From NCBI RefSeq assembly GCF_050278525.1, contig NZ_JBNNTG010000001.1:137850-169849 (forward strand): 32,000 bases of DNA. The letters run 5' to 3'. The position numbers and the translations under genes were made by a program. The DNA comes from Peribacillus sp. NPDC096540 (GTDB lineage Bacteria > Bacillota > Bacilli > Bacillales > DSM-1321). Positions within the stretch are counted from its first letter, which is position 1, and every line of letters begins with the position of its first letter. The notes under the pieces were generated by a model that was not told where the DNA came from, ran no database searches, and saw only the letters and a program-made list of their open reading frames with translations. Of this stretch, positions 17,088-26,025 are shown one piece after another.

Positions 17088-17235
17088 GTTCTCTAAAAAA
17101 TACAATGAAGTACGGAAAGTATAATATTTTCTTTAAAAAGGCACTTTTGTTCTTTAATAAGATAAATGGGTATTTATACTCGTTTGAATACTCCCCTATT
17201 GTACTGCACTTGAATTAAAGTTCTTTAAAAAGAAC
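17088..17235. promoter_or_regulatory. Cluster of SinR-type operator motifs (GTTCTYT)
   Basis: GTTCTCT at 17088-17094, GTTCTTT at 17149-17155, and a perfect inverted pair GTTCTTT-AA-AAAGAAC at 17220-17235. That is four half-sites within 148 bp. Confidence 0.5.
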
Positions 17236-17341
17236 AAAAATTCATTTGAATAAAACATTTGATTATAGTGCATAGGGAGTGGATTATTGTATCAGGAAAA
17301 TTGCTATACATGCCATAGGGCGTCTTTTAGAAGTGCAGAAT

Positions 17342-17479
17342 ATGGCAACTTGTCCGACCTGTGGTGAGGACTTGTCTGCGCAAAAAGCTTTTGATGCACT
17401 TACAATGGAAAGAATTAATATGCACCATCGTTTGAATAAGAAGGGCAATGTTTATTATTTTGTAAAAAAACGAACATGA
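17342..17479 (+). CDS. Hypothetical 45-aa protein (single CxxC)
   Basis: MATCPTCGEDLSAQKAFDALTMERINMHHRLNKKGNVYYFVKKRT. The RBS is weak (GAAGTG) and there is no recognisable family. It lies just downstream of the SinR-box cluster. Confidence 0.25.
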   Translation: MATCPTCGEDLSAQKAFDALTMERINMHHRLNKKGNVYYFVKKRT

Positions 17480-17792
17480 AACATTGGAACCATCTTGCTT
17501 TGTACATAAAATAGACAAAAACTATCATTAATTTTCTTGATTTTGTAATATTTTGTCGATAAAAAGTTGTATATTGTGGTAAATTAGCGACATAAAATAG
17601 CAATATTTGGAGTCGATATTAGCTATAATAAGATACTAAATATAGTATTTGTAATAATTACCCTGACAAAGGCAAACTTAGCGAAAGGTGAGGTCGCAAG
17701 GCATAGGTCTAAGGTTGCTTGATACTAAGATGGACTGGTCTGCTTAAAATACATACAAGTAGTATTTTAGGAGGATAAAAGAGGTGGTTTAA

Positions 17793-17924
17793 GTGAAAGT
17801 GGATCAAGAATGGGTGAAGTTGATTGCAGAAGCTAGGAAATTGGGTTTTAAGAAAGAAGAAATTAGTGCTTTTTTACAAAAAGAGAATCTTAATGTGTCA
17901 ATAGAGGAGAACAATGAAAACTAA
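17793..17924 (+). CDS. sinI: SinI-like antirepressor (43 aa); absent from the ORF track because it is under 60 aa
   Basis: GTG start 5 nt after GAGGTGG, with tandem SDs. VDQEWVKLIAEARKLGFKKEEISAFL matches the SinI/SinR oligomerisation helix motif (B. subtilis SinI has LDQEWVELMVEAKEANISPEEIRKYL, from memory). Confidence 0.65.
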   Translation: MKVDQEWVKLIAEARKLGFKKEEISAFLQKENLNVSIEENNEN

Positions 17925-17950
17925 GAATCAAAAAATGATTGAAAAAAACA

Positions 17951-17992
17951 TCCCTATAAACAGTTGATTTACAACATAGCTGTCTATAGGGA
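17951..17992. terminator. Long hairpin between the convergent sinI-like and sinR-like genes (possible bidirectional terminator)
   Basis: TCCCTATAAACAG ... CTGTCTATAGGGA forms a 13-bp stem with one mismatch, flanked by A-rich sequence on the 5' side and T-rich sequence on the 3' side. Confidence 0.55.
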
Positions 17993-18074
17993 TTATTTTA
18001 TTGTGTGAAATTCTATCAAGACTAGTTTGATAGAGCAGTACTATTTATGTTTGTGTAGATAGTTTAGAATTTAT

Positions 18075-18398
18075 CTATTCTTCTTTATCTTTTCTCCATT
18101 TATTAAACTCAATGAACTCTCTGAATTGTTGTTTAGAAACGCCAGAATTCATGGCTTCCTCAACAATTTTCATCCAGTCAGTGTCCAAGGATTCCTTATT
18201 TGGTACATCGTAAAGAAGGGCATCTACAGGAATGTTAAGTACAGCGGAGATTTTTTCAAGAAATTGAATAGAAGGATTCGTTTGTAAGTTCCGCTCGAGC
18301 GAACTTAAGTATGACTTTGCTACTCCGGCTTTATCGGCTAGTTCAGTCATTGACATTTTCTTTTCTTCTCGCAGTTTTTTTACACGTTCACCAATCAA
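18075..18398 (-). CDS. sinR: SinR-like XRE-family master regulator of biofilm/motility
   Basis: TTG start 5 nt after GAGGTGG gives MIGERVKKLREEKKMSMTELADKAGVAKSYLSSLERNLQTNPSIQFLEKISAVLNIPV ... SGVSKQQFREFIEFNKWRKDKEE. This is near-collinear with B. subtilis SinR as recalled. The 22 extra N-terminal residues in the ORF track are rejected. Confidence 0.8.
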   Translation of the reverse strand: MIGERVKKLREEKKMSMTELADKAGVAKSYLSSLERNLQTNPSIQFLEKISAVLNIPVDALLYDVPNKESLDTDWMKIVEEAMNSGVSKQQFREFIEFNKWRKDKEE

Positions 18399-18838
18399 CA
18401 ATACCACCTCGAAACATGTTCTATTTATCTTCAATTTATAAGTTTTAAACCCACATAAAATCACAGGAATAGGAAGCCTGAAAAGCTAGATTACTTCAAC
18501 TGACTATCAGTATAGAGGGACCAAAAATATCTATTAATAGAAGGTTGTGTTTAATCCGCATTTTCGTTTGTCTTGTTAAAGACTCATATGAAAAGTGGGG
18601 GAATGTGTAAGGTACTTTTGATACTTCCCTCTATTTTAACAGCTCTACCCCTCTTTTATCCATTGTTTTTCGTAAGAATTGAATTCAGGTCCATAGACAT
18701 AGAGTGACATGAAGTTGTACCTCTAGAATAGAAGTGTTAAAATTAAGCTTGGATTAGTATTAACAGAAGGTGTGTTTCTTCTTACTTATATGAATGTGTT
18801 ATTGAATGATCATTACCATAATAGAGGAGCGTTATTGA

Positions 18839-21352
18839 ATGCTTAATATATTAAATAAAGTTTTTGATCCGAATAAGCGAGAAATTAAGCGTCTGGAAAA
18901 AGTCGCTGATCAGGTCGAAGCGCTGGCTGATGAGACAGCTGCGTTATCGGATGAGCAGTTGCGCGCCAAAACAGAGGAGTTTAAGGAGCGCTATCAAAAC
19001 GGGGAAACCGTGGATGATTTGCTTGTTGAAGCTTTTGCAGTTGCGCGTGAAGGGGCAAAACGAGCTCTTGGTTTGTATCCTTACCGTGTTCAAATCATGG
19101 GTGGGGCATCCCTTCATGATGGAAACATCTCCGAGATGAAAACGGGTGAAGGTAAAACATTAACATCAACCATGCCGGTTTATTTAAACGCTCTTACTGG
19201 TAAAGGTGTGCATGTCGTGACTGTCAATGAATACTTGGCGCACCGTGATGCAACTGAGATGGGTGTATTGTATGATTTCCTGGGTTTGACTGTCGGGTTG
19301 AATTTGAACAGTCATTCTAAAGAAGAAAAACAAGCCGCCTACAATGCTGACATTACTTATAGCACGAATAATGAGTTAGGCTTTGATTACTTGCGTGACA
19401 ATATGGTTTTGTATAAAGAACAAATGGTACAGCGCCCGTTGCATTTTGCTGTCATCGATGAAGTCGATTCAATTTTGATTGATGAAGCGAGAACGCCTTT
19501 GATCATTTCTGGTTCAGCGCAAAAATCAGCACAGCTTTACATCCAAGCAAATGCTTTTGTGAGGACGTTACAAAAAGAAACGGACTATACGTATGATGAA
19601 AAGACAAAAGGTGTTCAGCTGACCGAAGAAGGTATGAACCGTGCTGAAAGAGCATTTAATATTGATAACTTATTCGATATCAACCATGTTACCTTAAACC
19701 ATCATATTAATCAGGCTTTGAAGGCGCATGTTTCCATGCATTTGGATGTGGATTATGTTGTTCAAGAAGGCGAGATTGTTATCGTCGACCAATTCACTGG
19801 CCGTTTAATGAAGGGCCGCCGTTACAGTGAAGGTCTTCATCAGGCAATTGAAGCAAAAGAGGGCCTTGAAATTCAAAATGAAAGCATGACTCTAGCGACT
19901 ATCACGTTCCAAAACTATTTCCGGATGTACGAAAAACTTTCTGGTATGACAGGTACAGCTAAGACAGAGGAAGAGGAATTTCGTAATATCTACAATATGA
20001 ATGTTATTGCGATTCCAACAAACCGGAATATTGTTCGTGATGACCGCGCCGATCTTATTTACGCGTCAACGGATGGGAAATTCCGCGCTGTTGTGGAAGA
20101 CATCGCTGAGCGTTATACAAAAGGACAGCCAGTGCTCGTTGGTACTGTTGCCATTGAAACGTCTGAAGTCATTTCTGCGTATTTATCCAAAAAGGGTATA
20201 CCTCATGATGTTTTGAATGCAAAGAATCATGAGCGTGAAGCAGAAATCATTGCGAATGCAGGTAATCAAGGTTCAGTTACAATCGCTACTAATATGGCTG
20301 GCCGTGGTACGGATATCAAGCTTGGCGAAGGTGTCAAAGAACTTGGCGGCCTTGCTGTTATCGGTACGGAGCGTCATGAAAGTCGAAGGATAGATAACCA
20401 GTTGCGTGGTCGTTCCGGTCGTCAGGGAGATCCTGGGATTACTCAATTCTATTTATCAATGGAAGATGAACTGATGCGACGCTTCGGTTCGGATAATATG
20501 AAAAGTATGATGGCACGTCTTGGAATGGATGATTCACAGCCAATTCAAAGTAAAATGGTGACGAGAGCCGTTGAATCCGCTCAGAAACGAGTGGAAGGTA
20601 ATAACTTTGATTCGCGTAAACAATTGCTTCAGTATGACGATGTCCTACGTCAACAACGGGAAATCATCTATAAACAGCGTTTTGATGTGATGGAAAGTGA
20701 AAATTTACGTGAAATTGTTGAGACGATGATTGAGGCATCCATTCAGCGTAACGTTGCTGCATTTGCTCCAATGGGTGATGAAGAAGGCTGGAACTTACAA
20801 GGTCTTGTCGATTACTTGAATGGTAACCTATTCAATGAAGGTTCAATCACTATAGAAGGTTTAGAAGGAAAAAATGAATCGGAATTGGTTGAATTTATCG
20901 TAGGTAAAGTGAAAGAAGACTATGATCAAAAAGAAGCAGAGCTCTCAGAAGATCAAATGCGGGAGTTTGAAAAGGTTATCGTTCTTCGTGCGGTTGATAG
21001 CAAGTGGATGGACCATATCGATGCTATGGAACAATTGCGTCAAGGGATTCACCTTCGTGCTTATGGTCAAATTGACCCGCTTCGTGAATACCAATCGGAA
21101 GGTTTCGCAATGTTTGAAGCCATGATTGCCTCCATGGAAGATGAAGTCGCTAAATACATTATGAAAGCTGAAATTCGCAATAATTTAGAGCGAAAAGAAG
21201 TCATAAAAGGACAAGCGGTCAATCCGAAGGAAGAAGATGGAGGGAAAGTGAAGAAGGCTCCAGCCCGTAAAAAGGAAGAAGTCGGACGAAATGCCTTATG
21301 TCCATGCGGCAGCGGCAAAAAATATAAGAATTGCCATGGTAATTTAGCCTAA
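18839..21352 (+). CDS. secA: Preprotein translocase ATPase SecA
   Basis: Full-length SecA with the MKTGEGKTL Walker A, a [19 protein letters not shown] motif and the C-terminal Zn motif [14 protein letters not shown]. Confidence 0.97.
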   Translation: MLNILNKVFDPNKREIKRLEKVADQVEALADETAALSDEQLRAKTEEFKERYQNGETVDDLLVEAFAVAREGAKRALGLYPYRVQIMGGASLHDGNISEMKTGEGKTLTSTMPVYLNALTGKGVHVVTVNEYLAHRDATEMGVLYDFLGLTVGLNLNSHSKEEKQAAYNADITYSTNNELGFDYLRDNMVLYKEQMVQRPLHFAVIDEVDSILIDEARTPLIISGSAQKSAQLYIQANAFVRTLQKETDYTYDEKTKGVQLTEEGMNRAERAFNIDNLFDINHVTLNHHINQALKAHVSMHLDVDYVVQEGEIVIVDQFTGRLMKGRRYSEGLHQAIEAKEGLEIQNESMTLATITFQNYFRMYEKLSGMTGTAKTEEEEFRNIYNMNVIAIPTNRNIVRDDRADLIYASTDGKFRAVVEDIAERYTKGQPVLVGTVAIETSEVISAYLSKKGIPHDVLNAKNHEREAEIIANAGNQGSVTIATNMAGRGTDIKLGEGVKELGGLAVIGTERHESRRIDNQLRGRSGRQGDPGITQFYLSMEDELMRRFGSDNMKSMMARLGMDDSQPIQSKMVTRAVESAQKRVEGNNFDSRKQLLQYDDVLRQQREIIYKQRFDVMESENLREIVETMIEASIQRNVAAFAPMGDEEGWNLQGLVDYLNGNLFNEGSITIEGLEGKNESELVEFIVGKVKEDYDQKEAELSEDQMREFEKVIVLRAVDSKWMDHIDAMEQLRQGIHLRAYGQIDPLREYQSEGFAMFEAMIASMEDEVAKYIMKAEIRNNLERKEVIKGQAVNPKEEDGGKVKKAPARKKEEVGRNALCPCGSGKKYKNCHGNLA

Positions 21353-21516
21353 AATTAGGTGTATAATGATATGAGAGACGGTGTAAGAACTTGCCGCCTC
21401 TTTTCATGTTTAGTTTGCGTAAAGCAATATTTGCATATAGTATGAAGAGGTTTATTGGTACTGAAACACATCCCTGTAAAGGGATTTTTTTAACATACTT
21501 AATGAGGTGAAGAGAA

Positions 21517-22615
21517 ATGGAATTAGCAGAAATTAGAAATGAACTTGAACGAACCGCGCAACGATTAACGGACTTTAGGGGGTCTCTTTGACTTAGATGA
21601 AAAAGAGGCACGAATCGCACAGCTAGAAAATGAGATGACACACCCTGATTTTTGGAATGATCAGTCAAAAGCACAGACTGTTATTAATGAAACGAATGCA
21701 TTGAAAGATCAAGTCAATCAATTGTCCGATTTGAATGATGCGTATGAAAATCTGGATTTGACGTATGAATTAGTGAAAGAAGAAAGTGATGAAGAACTTC
21801 TGGCTGAACTAGTAGAAGAAATCACAATTCTTTCACAAAAGATGAATGAATTTGAACTTCAGCTCTTACTAAGTGAAGAATATGATTCGAAAAATGCAAT
21901 TCTGGAATTGCATCCTGGTGCAGGCGGAACTGAGTCCCAAGATTGGGGTTCAATGTTGCTTCGTATGTATACAAGATGGGGCGAAAAAAGGGGCTTTAAA
22001 GTAGAAACCCTTGATTACCTTCCAGGTGATGAAGCTGGAATCAAGAGTGTCACGTTGCTGTTCAAAGGCCATAACGCATATGGTTATTTGAAAGCAGAAA
22101 AAGGTGTTCACCGTCTTGTTCGGATTTCTCCTTTCGATTCATCAGGCCGCCGTCATACTTCATTCGTTTCTTGCGAAGTTATGCCGGAATTCGACGAGAC
22201 GATTAATATAGAAATTCGTACGGAAGATCTGAAGGTAGACACGTACCGGGCAAGTGGGGCAGGTGGTCAGCATATCAATACGACTGACTCAGCCGTAAGG
22301 ATAACGCATTTACCTACGAATACTGTGGTAACGTGCCAAAACGAGAGATCGCAAATCAAAAATAAGGCTCAAGCCATGAATATGCTGAAAGCCAAATTAT
22401 ATCAACTTGAAATTGAACAACAGCAAGCCGATTTGGATGAAATTCGCGGAGAACAAAAGGAAATTGGTTGGGGAAGCCAAATTCGTTCTTACGTCTTCCA
22501 TCCGTACTCCATGGTAAAAGACCACCGTACTAGTGCGGAGACAGGGAACTTGGGAGCTGTCATGGACGGAGATATCGATATGTTCATTGATGCGTATTTA
22601 CGTTCAAAATTATAA
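21517..22615 (+). CDS. prfB: Peptide chain release factor 2, requiring a programmed +1 frameshift: join(21517..21588,21590..22615)
   Basis: Frame 0 encodes [24 protein letters not shown] and then hits TGA. The +1 frame continues [16 protein letters not shown] ... and carries the SPF and GGQ motifs. Confidence 0.95.
21577..21592 (+). promoter_or_regulatory. RF2 autoregulatory +1 frameshift site
   Basis: AGGGGG TCT CTT TGA C: an internal SD-like AGGGGG, 3-nt spacer, then the slippery CTT followed by in-frame TGA C. This is the canonical prfB recoding signal. Confidence 0.9.
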
Positions 22616-22624
22616 GAAGTAAAA

Positions 22625-22656
22625 GCCGGGCCGGATTTTTGGTTCGGCTTTTTTTA
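22625..22656 (+). terminator. Rho-independent terminator after prfB
   Basis: GCCGGGCC / GGTTCGGC stem (two G.U pairs) followed by a T7 run. Confidence 0.75.
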
Positions 22657-22795
22657 TGATTACGTATACATGGAAGTTCAATTCACTACCACTTTAAAGT
22701 CATTTGGCTGACTTTTACAGGATATTATAGGGGATGCAATAAAACGTTCGGCCAATACTAGATAAAAATGATGGTTTTTTAGGAGAAAATATAGA

Positions 22796-23659
22796 ATGAG
22801 AAAACGATACCGGGAGCAGAAGCATCCCTTGATACAAAAGTTAATGGAGTATGGGTTGGTAATTGTCGGTTCAGCTATAATTGCAATTGGTTTTAATGTA
22901 TTCTTGCTTCCTAACCAGATTGCTTCAGGCGGAGTCAGCGGAATTAGTACGATTCTCGATTCTACGCTCGGTTGGGAACCAGCCTATGTACTGTGGGGGT
23001 GTAATATTCCTTTATTTCTTGCTGGACTAATTATACTTGGGCGGCATTTTGGTGCCAAGAGTCTGATTGGAACCTTGTTCTTACCGCTTGTGGTATTCCT
23101 TACAAAGGATTGGGAGCCATGGACGAATGATGCTTTGCTTGGTTCAATATGTGGGGGAATTATGGTAGGCTTTGGGTTAGGAATTGTTTTTCGCGGAAAG
23201 GGTTCCACCGGGGGAACCGATTTAGCAGCACAGATTATTCATAAGTATGCCCATATGTCATTAGGGACATGTGTAGCTGTCATTGATGGAATTATTGTCT
23301 TAAGCGCTGCGATTGTTTTTGATATTGAAAAAGGTCTTTATGCGTTAATAGGTTTATATGTGACGAGCAAGACGATTGATCTTGTTCAGGTTGGGTTGAA
23401 TCGTTCTAAGATGGCATTAATTATCATGAATAATGAAATGGAAGTAAGGGATGCTATCTTACATGAGCTAGACCGGGGAGTAACTCGAATTTCCGGGTAT
23501 GGTGGCTATACGGATGATACTCGTCCAATTTTGATGTGTGTAATAGACCAGTCGGAATTCACTAAATTGAAACAATTGGTTAAACTTGTTGACCCTAAAG
23601 CGTTTGTGATCGTGATGGATGCATCGGAAGTACTTGGGGAGGGTTTTAAACTAGATTAA
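22796..23659 (+). CDS. yvjA: YitT-family membrane protein (DUF2179 C-terminal domain)
   Basis: Multiple TM helices followed by a soluble C-terminal domain (VTRISGYGGYTDDTRPILMCV ... ). The position after prfB is syntenic. Confidence 0.8.
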   Translation: MRKRYREQKHPLIQKLMEYGLVIVGSAIIAIGFNVFLLPNQIASGGVSGISTILDSTLGWEPAYVLWGCNIPLFLAGLIILGRHFGAKSLIGTLFLPLVVFLTKDWEPWTNDALLGSICGGIMVGFGLGIVFRGKGSTGGTDLAAQIIHKYAHMSLGTCVAVIDGIIVLSAAIVFDIEKGLYALIGLYVTSKTIDLVQVGLNRSKMALIIMNNEMEVRDAILHELDRGVTRISGYGGYTDDTRPILMCVIDQSEFTKLKQLVKLVDPKAFVIVMDASEVLGEGFKLD

Positions 23660-23708
23660 AATTGGTATAATGTTTCTGTACTGGTAAAAATCAGAGGGGG
23701 TAAATTCT

Positions 23709-24050
23709 ATGAAAAAGAAATGGTTAGCCTTAGTAATGGGCACGTCTCTCGCCTTGGCTGCATGCGGAGGAAACGATGATAATGCAGATAATAAGCCAGC
23801 AAGTGATAAAAGCGAAACTACAACCGTAGATGCCGGAGATGCAGCGAAAATTTATGAAAACAAATGTTCAAGCTGTCATGCAGTAAATCTTGAAGGTGGC
23901 GTAGGACCGAATTTAACGAAAGTTGGTTCGAGATTATCAAAAGCAGAAATCGAGCAAGTCATTGCAAAAGGTCAAGGAGCAATGCCAAAAGGTATAATTC
24001 AGGGAACCGAAGCGAGCAAAGTTGCTGAATGGCTTGCTGAACATAAATAA
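23709..24050 (+). CDS. cccB: Lipoprotein cytochrome c-551
   Basis: Lipobox LALAAC, heme-binding CSSCH and a distal Met (GAMP). Confidence 0.85.
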   Translation: MKKKWLALVMGTSLALAACGGNDDNADNKPASDKSETTTVDAGDAAKIYENKCSSCHAVNLEGGVGPNLTKVGSRLSKAEIEQVIAKGQGAMPKGIIQGTEASKVAEWLAEHK

Positions 24051-24345
24051 CGACTATAGAAACGTTCTGCATACAGCGGGGCGTTTCATTTATTCTCCTT
24101 TTAAATCCACAGAAAACCCACATCTAATCCCTAATCAAGAAAACTAATCCTAGAATTATTACGTAGATGTTGATAATCTTTCTCACTGAAATGAAACTGT
24201 AATATTTTTATGCTTAATTTGACAAAATTAGATGTTATAATGTTTCTGTGCTCTAGTAAGAAAGATTCCTGTCAGATTCCAGTGAAAATTGTCGAAAAAG
24301 CTTAGTTACATAGATATAAAAACAAGCAAATTAGGTGGTTTTAGA

Positions 24346-25032
24346 ATGATAGAAATGATAGATGTGAAAAAGACCTATCCTAATGGCGTAACTGCCATTA
24401 ATGGACTCAATGTAAAAATAAAACCAGGCGAATTCGTTTATGTAGTAGGACCCAGCGGTGCCGGCAAATCGACCTTCATCAAAATGATGTATCGGGAAGA
24501 AAAGCCGACAAGTGGTAATATCTTGGTTAATGGTGTCAGCCTTCCAAGTATCCGCAATTCGAAAGTTCCTCTATTCCGCCGTAATATCGGTATGGTATTC
24601 CAAGATTTCAAACTCCTTCAAACCTTCACAGTTTATGAAAATGTTGCATTTGCGATGGAAGTTATCGAAAAAGAACCAGAAGAAATTAAAAAGAGAGTCA
24701 TGGAAGTTCTTGATCTAGTAGGGCTTAAACATAAAGCTAGAATGCTCCCTACCGAGCTATCTGGTGGCGAACAGCAGAGGGTTGCGATTGCCCGTTCGAT
24801 TGTCAATGATCCTAAGGTGGTTATCGCCGATGAACCTACAGGGAATCTAGATCCTGAAACATCATGGGAAATTATGAACATATTTGAAGAAATTAATAAA
24901 CGTGGAACAACACTTATCATGGCCACACATAATAGGGACATCGTTAACAATATTAAACGACGTGTCATTGCCATTGAAAGTGGAAAAATAGTTCGTGACG
25001 AACATCGAGGTGATTACGGATATGAAATTTAG
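24346..25032 (+). CDS. ftsE: Cell-division ABC ATPase FtsE
   Basis: ATG at 24346 lies 7 nt after AGGTGG. MIEMIDVKKTYPNGVTAINGLNVKIKPGEFVYVVGPSGAGKST, LSGGEQQR and a Walker B box are present. The upstream extension from 24289 is rejected. Confidence 0.95.
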   Translation: MIEMIDVKKTYPNGVTAINGLNVKIKPGEFVYVVGPSGAGKSTFIKMMYREEKPTSGNILVNGVSLPSIRNSKVPLFRRNIGMVFQDFKLLQTFTVYENVAFAMEVIEKEPEEIKKRVMEVLDLVGLKHKARMLPTELSGGEQQRVAIARSIVNDPKVVIADEPTGNLDPETSWEIMNIFEEINKRGTTLIMATHNRDIVNNIKRRVIAIESGKIVRDEHRGDYGYEI

Positions 25033-25915
25033 AACATTACTCCGTCACTTCCGTGAAAGTTTTAAAAATATTGGCCGTAATGGATGGATGACGTTTGCAT
25101 CAGTCAGTGCAGTAACAGTCACTCTAACATTGGTTGGCGTTTTTTTAGTGCTCATGATGAATTTAAATCATATCGCGGGAAATGTGGAGAAGGATGTCGA
25201 AGTTCGTGCACATATTGATAATGCGGCGAATGATGACGATATAAAAGCAATTGGTAAGAAAATTACAGAGATGAGCGGCATCGAAACAGTCATATTCTCT
25301 CCAAAAGATGAAGAGCTCACCAATTTAATAGATGATTTAGGCGATAATGGTGATGCCTTTAAACCATTTGAACAGGACAACCCATTAAGGGACGTTTATA
25401 TTATCAAAACGAAATCACCGCAAGATGTCATCAAGGTGGCAAAAAAAATCGAAGGCTTTGAATATATTCAAAGTGTTAAATATGGACAGGGCTATGTCGA
25501 GAATCTATTCAGTTTCGTGAATATAGCCAGAAACATAGGAATCGTTCTTATTGTAGGTTTGCTTTTTACTGCGATGTTCCTTATTTCGAATACTATTAAA
25601 ATTACAATTGTAGCTAGAAGAAAAGAAATTGAGATTATGAGATTAGTAGGAGCAACGAATAACTTCATCCGTTGGCCATTTTTCTTAGAGGGACTCTGGT
25701 TGGGAATTCTCGGTTCAATCGTGCCAATTGGTCTGGTTTCTGTACTCTATTACAATATTTATAAATATGCAGCACCACAGATTACGTTTAAATTCATAGA
25801 TTTTCTACCTGCAAGCCCGTTTATTTATCAAGTTTCGGCCATTCTTATTGCAATAGGCGCCGTTATCGGAATATGGGGCAGCTTGATGTCAGTTAGGAAG
25901 TTCTTAAAAGTATAA
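25022..25915 (+). CDS. ftsX: Cell-division ABC permease-like FtsX
   Basis: MKFRTLLRHFRESFKNIGRNGWMTFASV ... extracellular domain followed by 3 C-terminal TM helices. The start overlaps the ftsE stop. Confidence 0.9.
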   Translation: MKFRTLLRHFRESFKNIGRNGWMTFASVSAVTVTLTLVGVFLVLMMNLNHIAGNVEKDVEVRAHIDNAANDDDIKAIGKKITEMSGIETVIFSPKDEELTNLIDDLGDNGDAFKPFEQDNPLRDVYIIKTKSPQDVIKVAKKIEGFEYIQSVKYGQGYVENLFSFVNIARNIGIVLIVGLLFTAMFLISNTIKITIVARRKEIEIMRLVGATNNFIRWPFFLEGLWLGILGSIVPIGLVSVLYYNIYKYAAPQITFKFIDFLPASPFIYQVSAILIAIGAVIGIWGSLMSVRKFLKV

Positions 25916-26025
25916 AAATATAACTCACACCTTCTTTTACACTCGAATGTCAAAAGAAGCCTAGTACAAATAGAGAGACGTTACAAGGCGTTAGATGTGA
26001 CGGGATTGAAAGGGGAAATGAAACG

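Noticed and set aside
17640-17760. Possible structured RNA or riboswitch in the sinI-like leader (GCGAAAGGTGAGGTCGC and neighbouring GC-richer patch)
   Set aside because: Only short 4-bp stems could be drawn and there is no match to any riboswitch core I can recall. The evidence is insufficient.
18399-18464. N-terminal extension of the sinR-like ORF (MILCGFKTYKLKINRTCFEVVLL...)
   Set aside because: No RBS precedes it. A GAGGTGG SD precedes the internal TTG, which yields the canonical MIGERV... SinR N-terminus.
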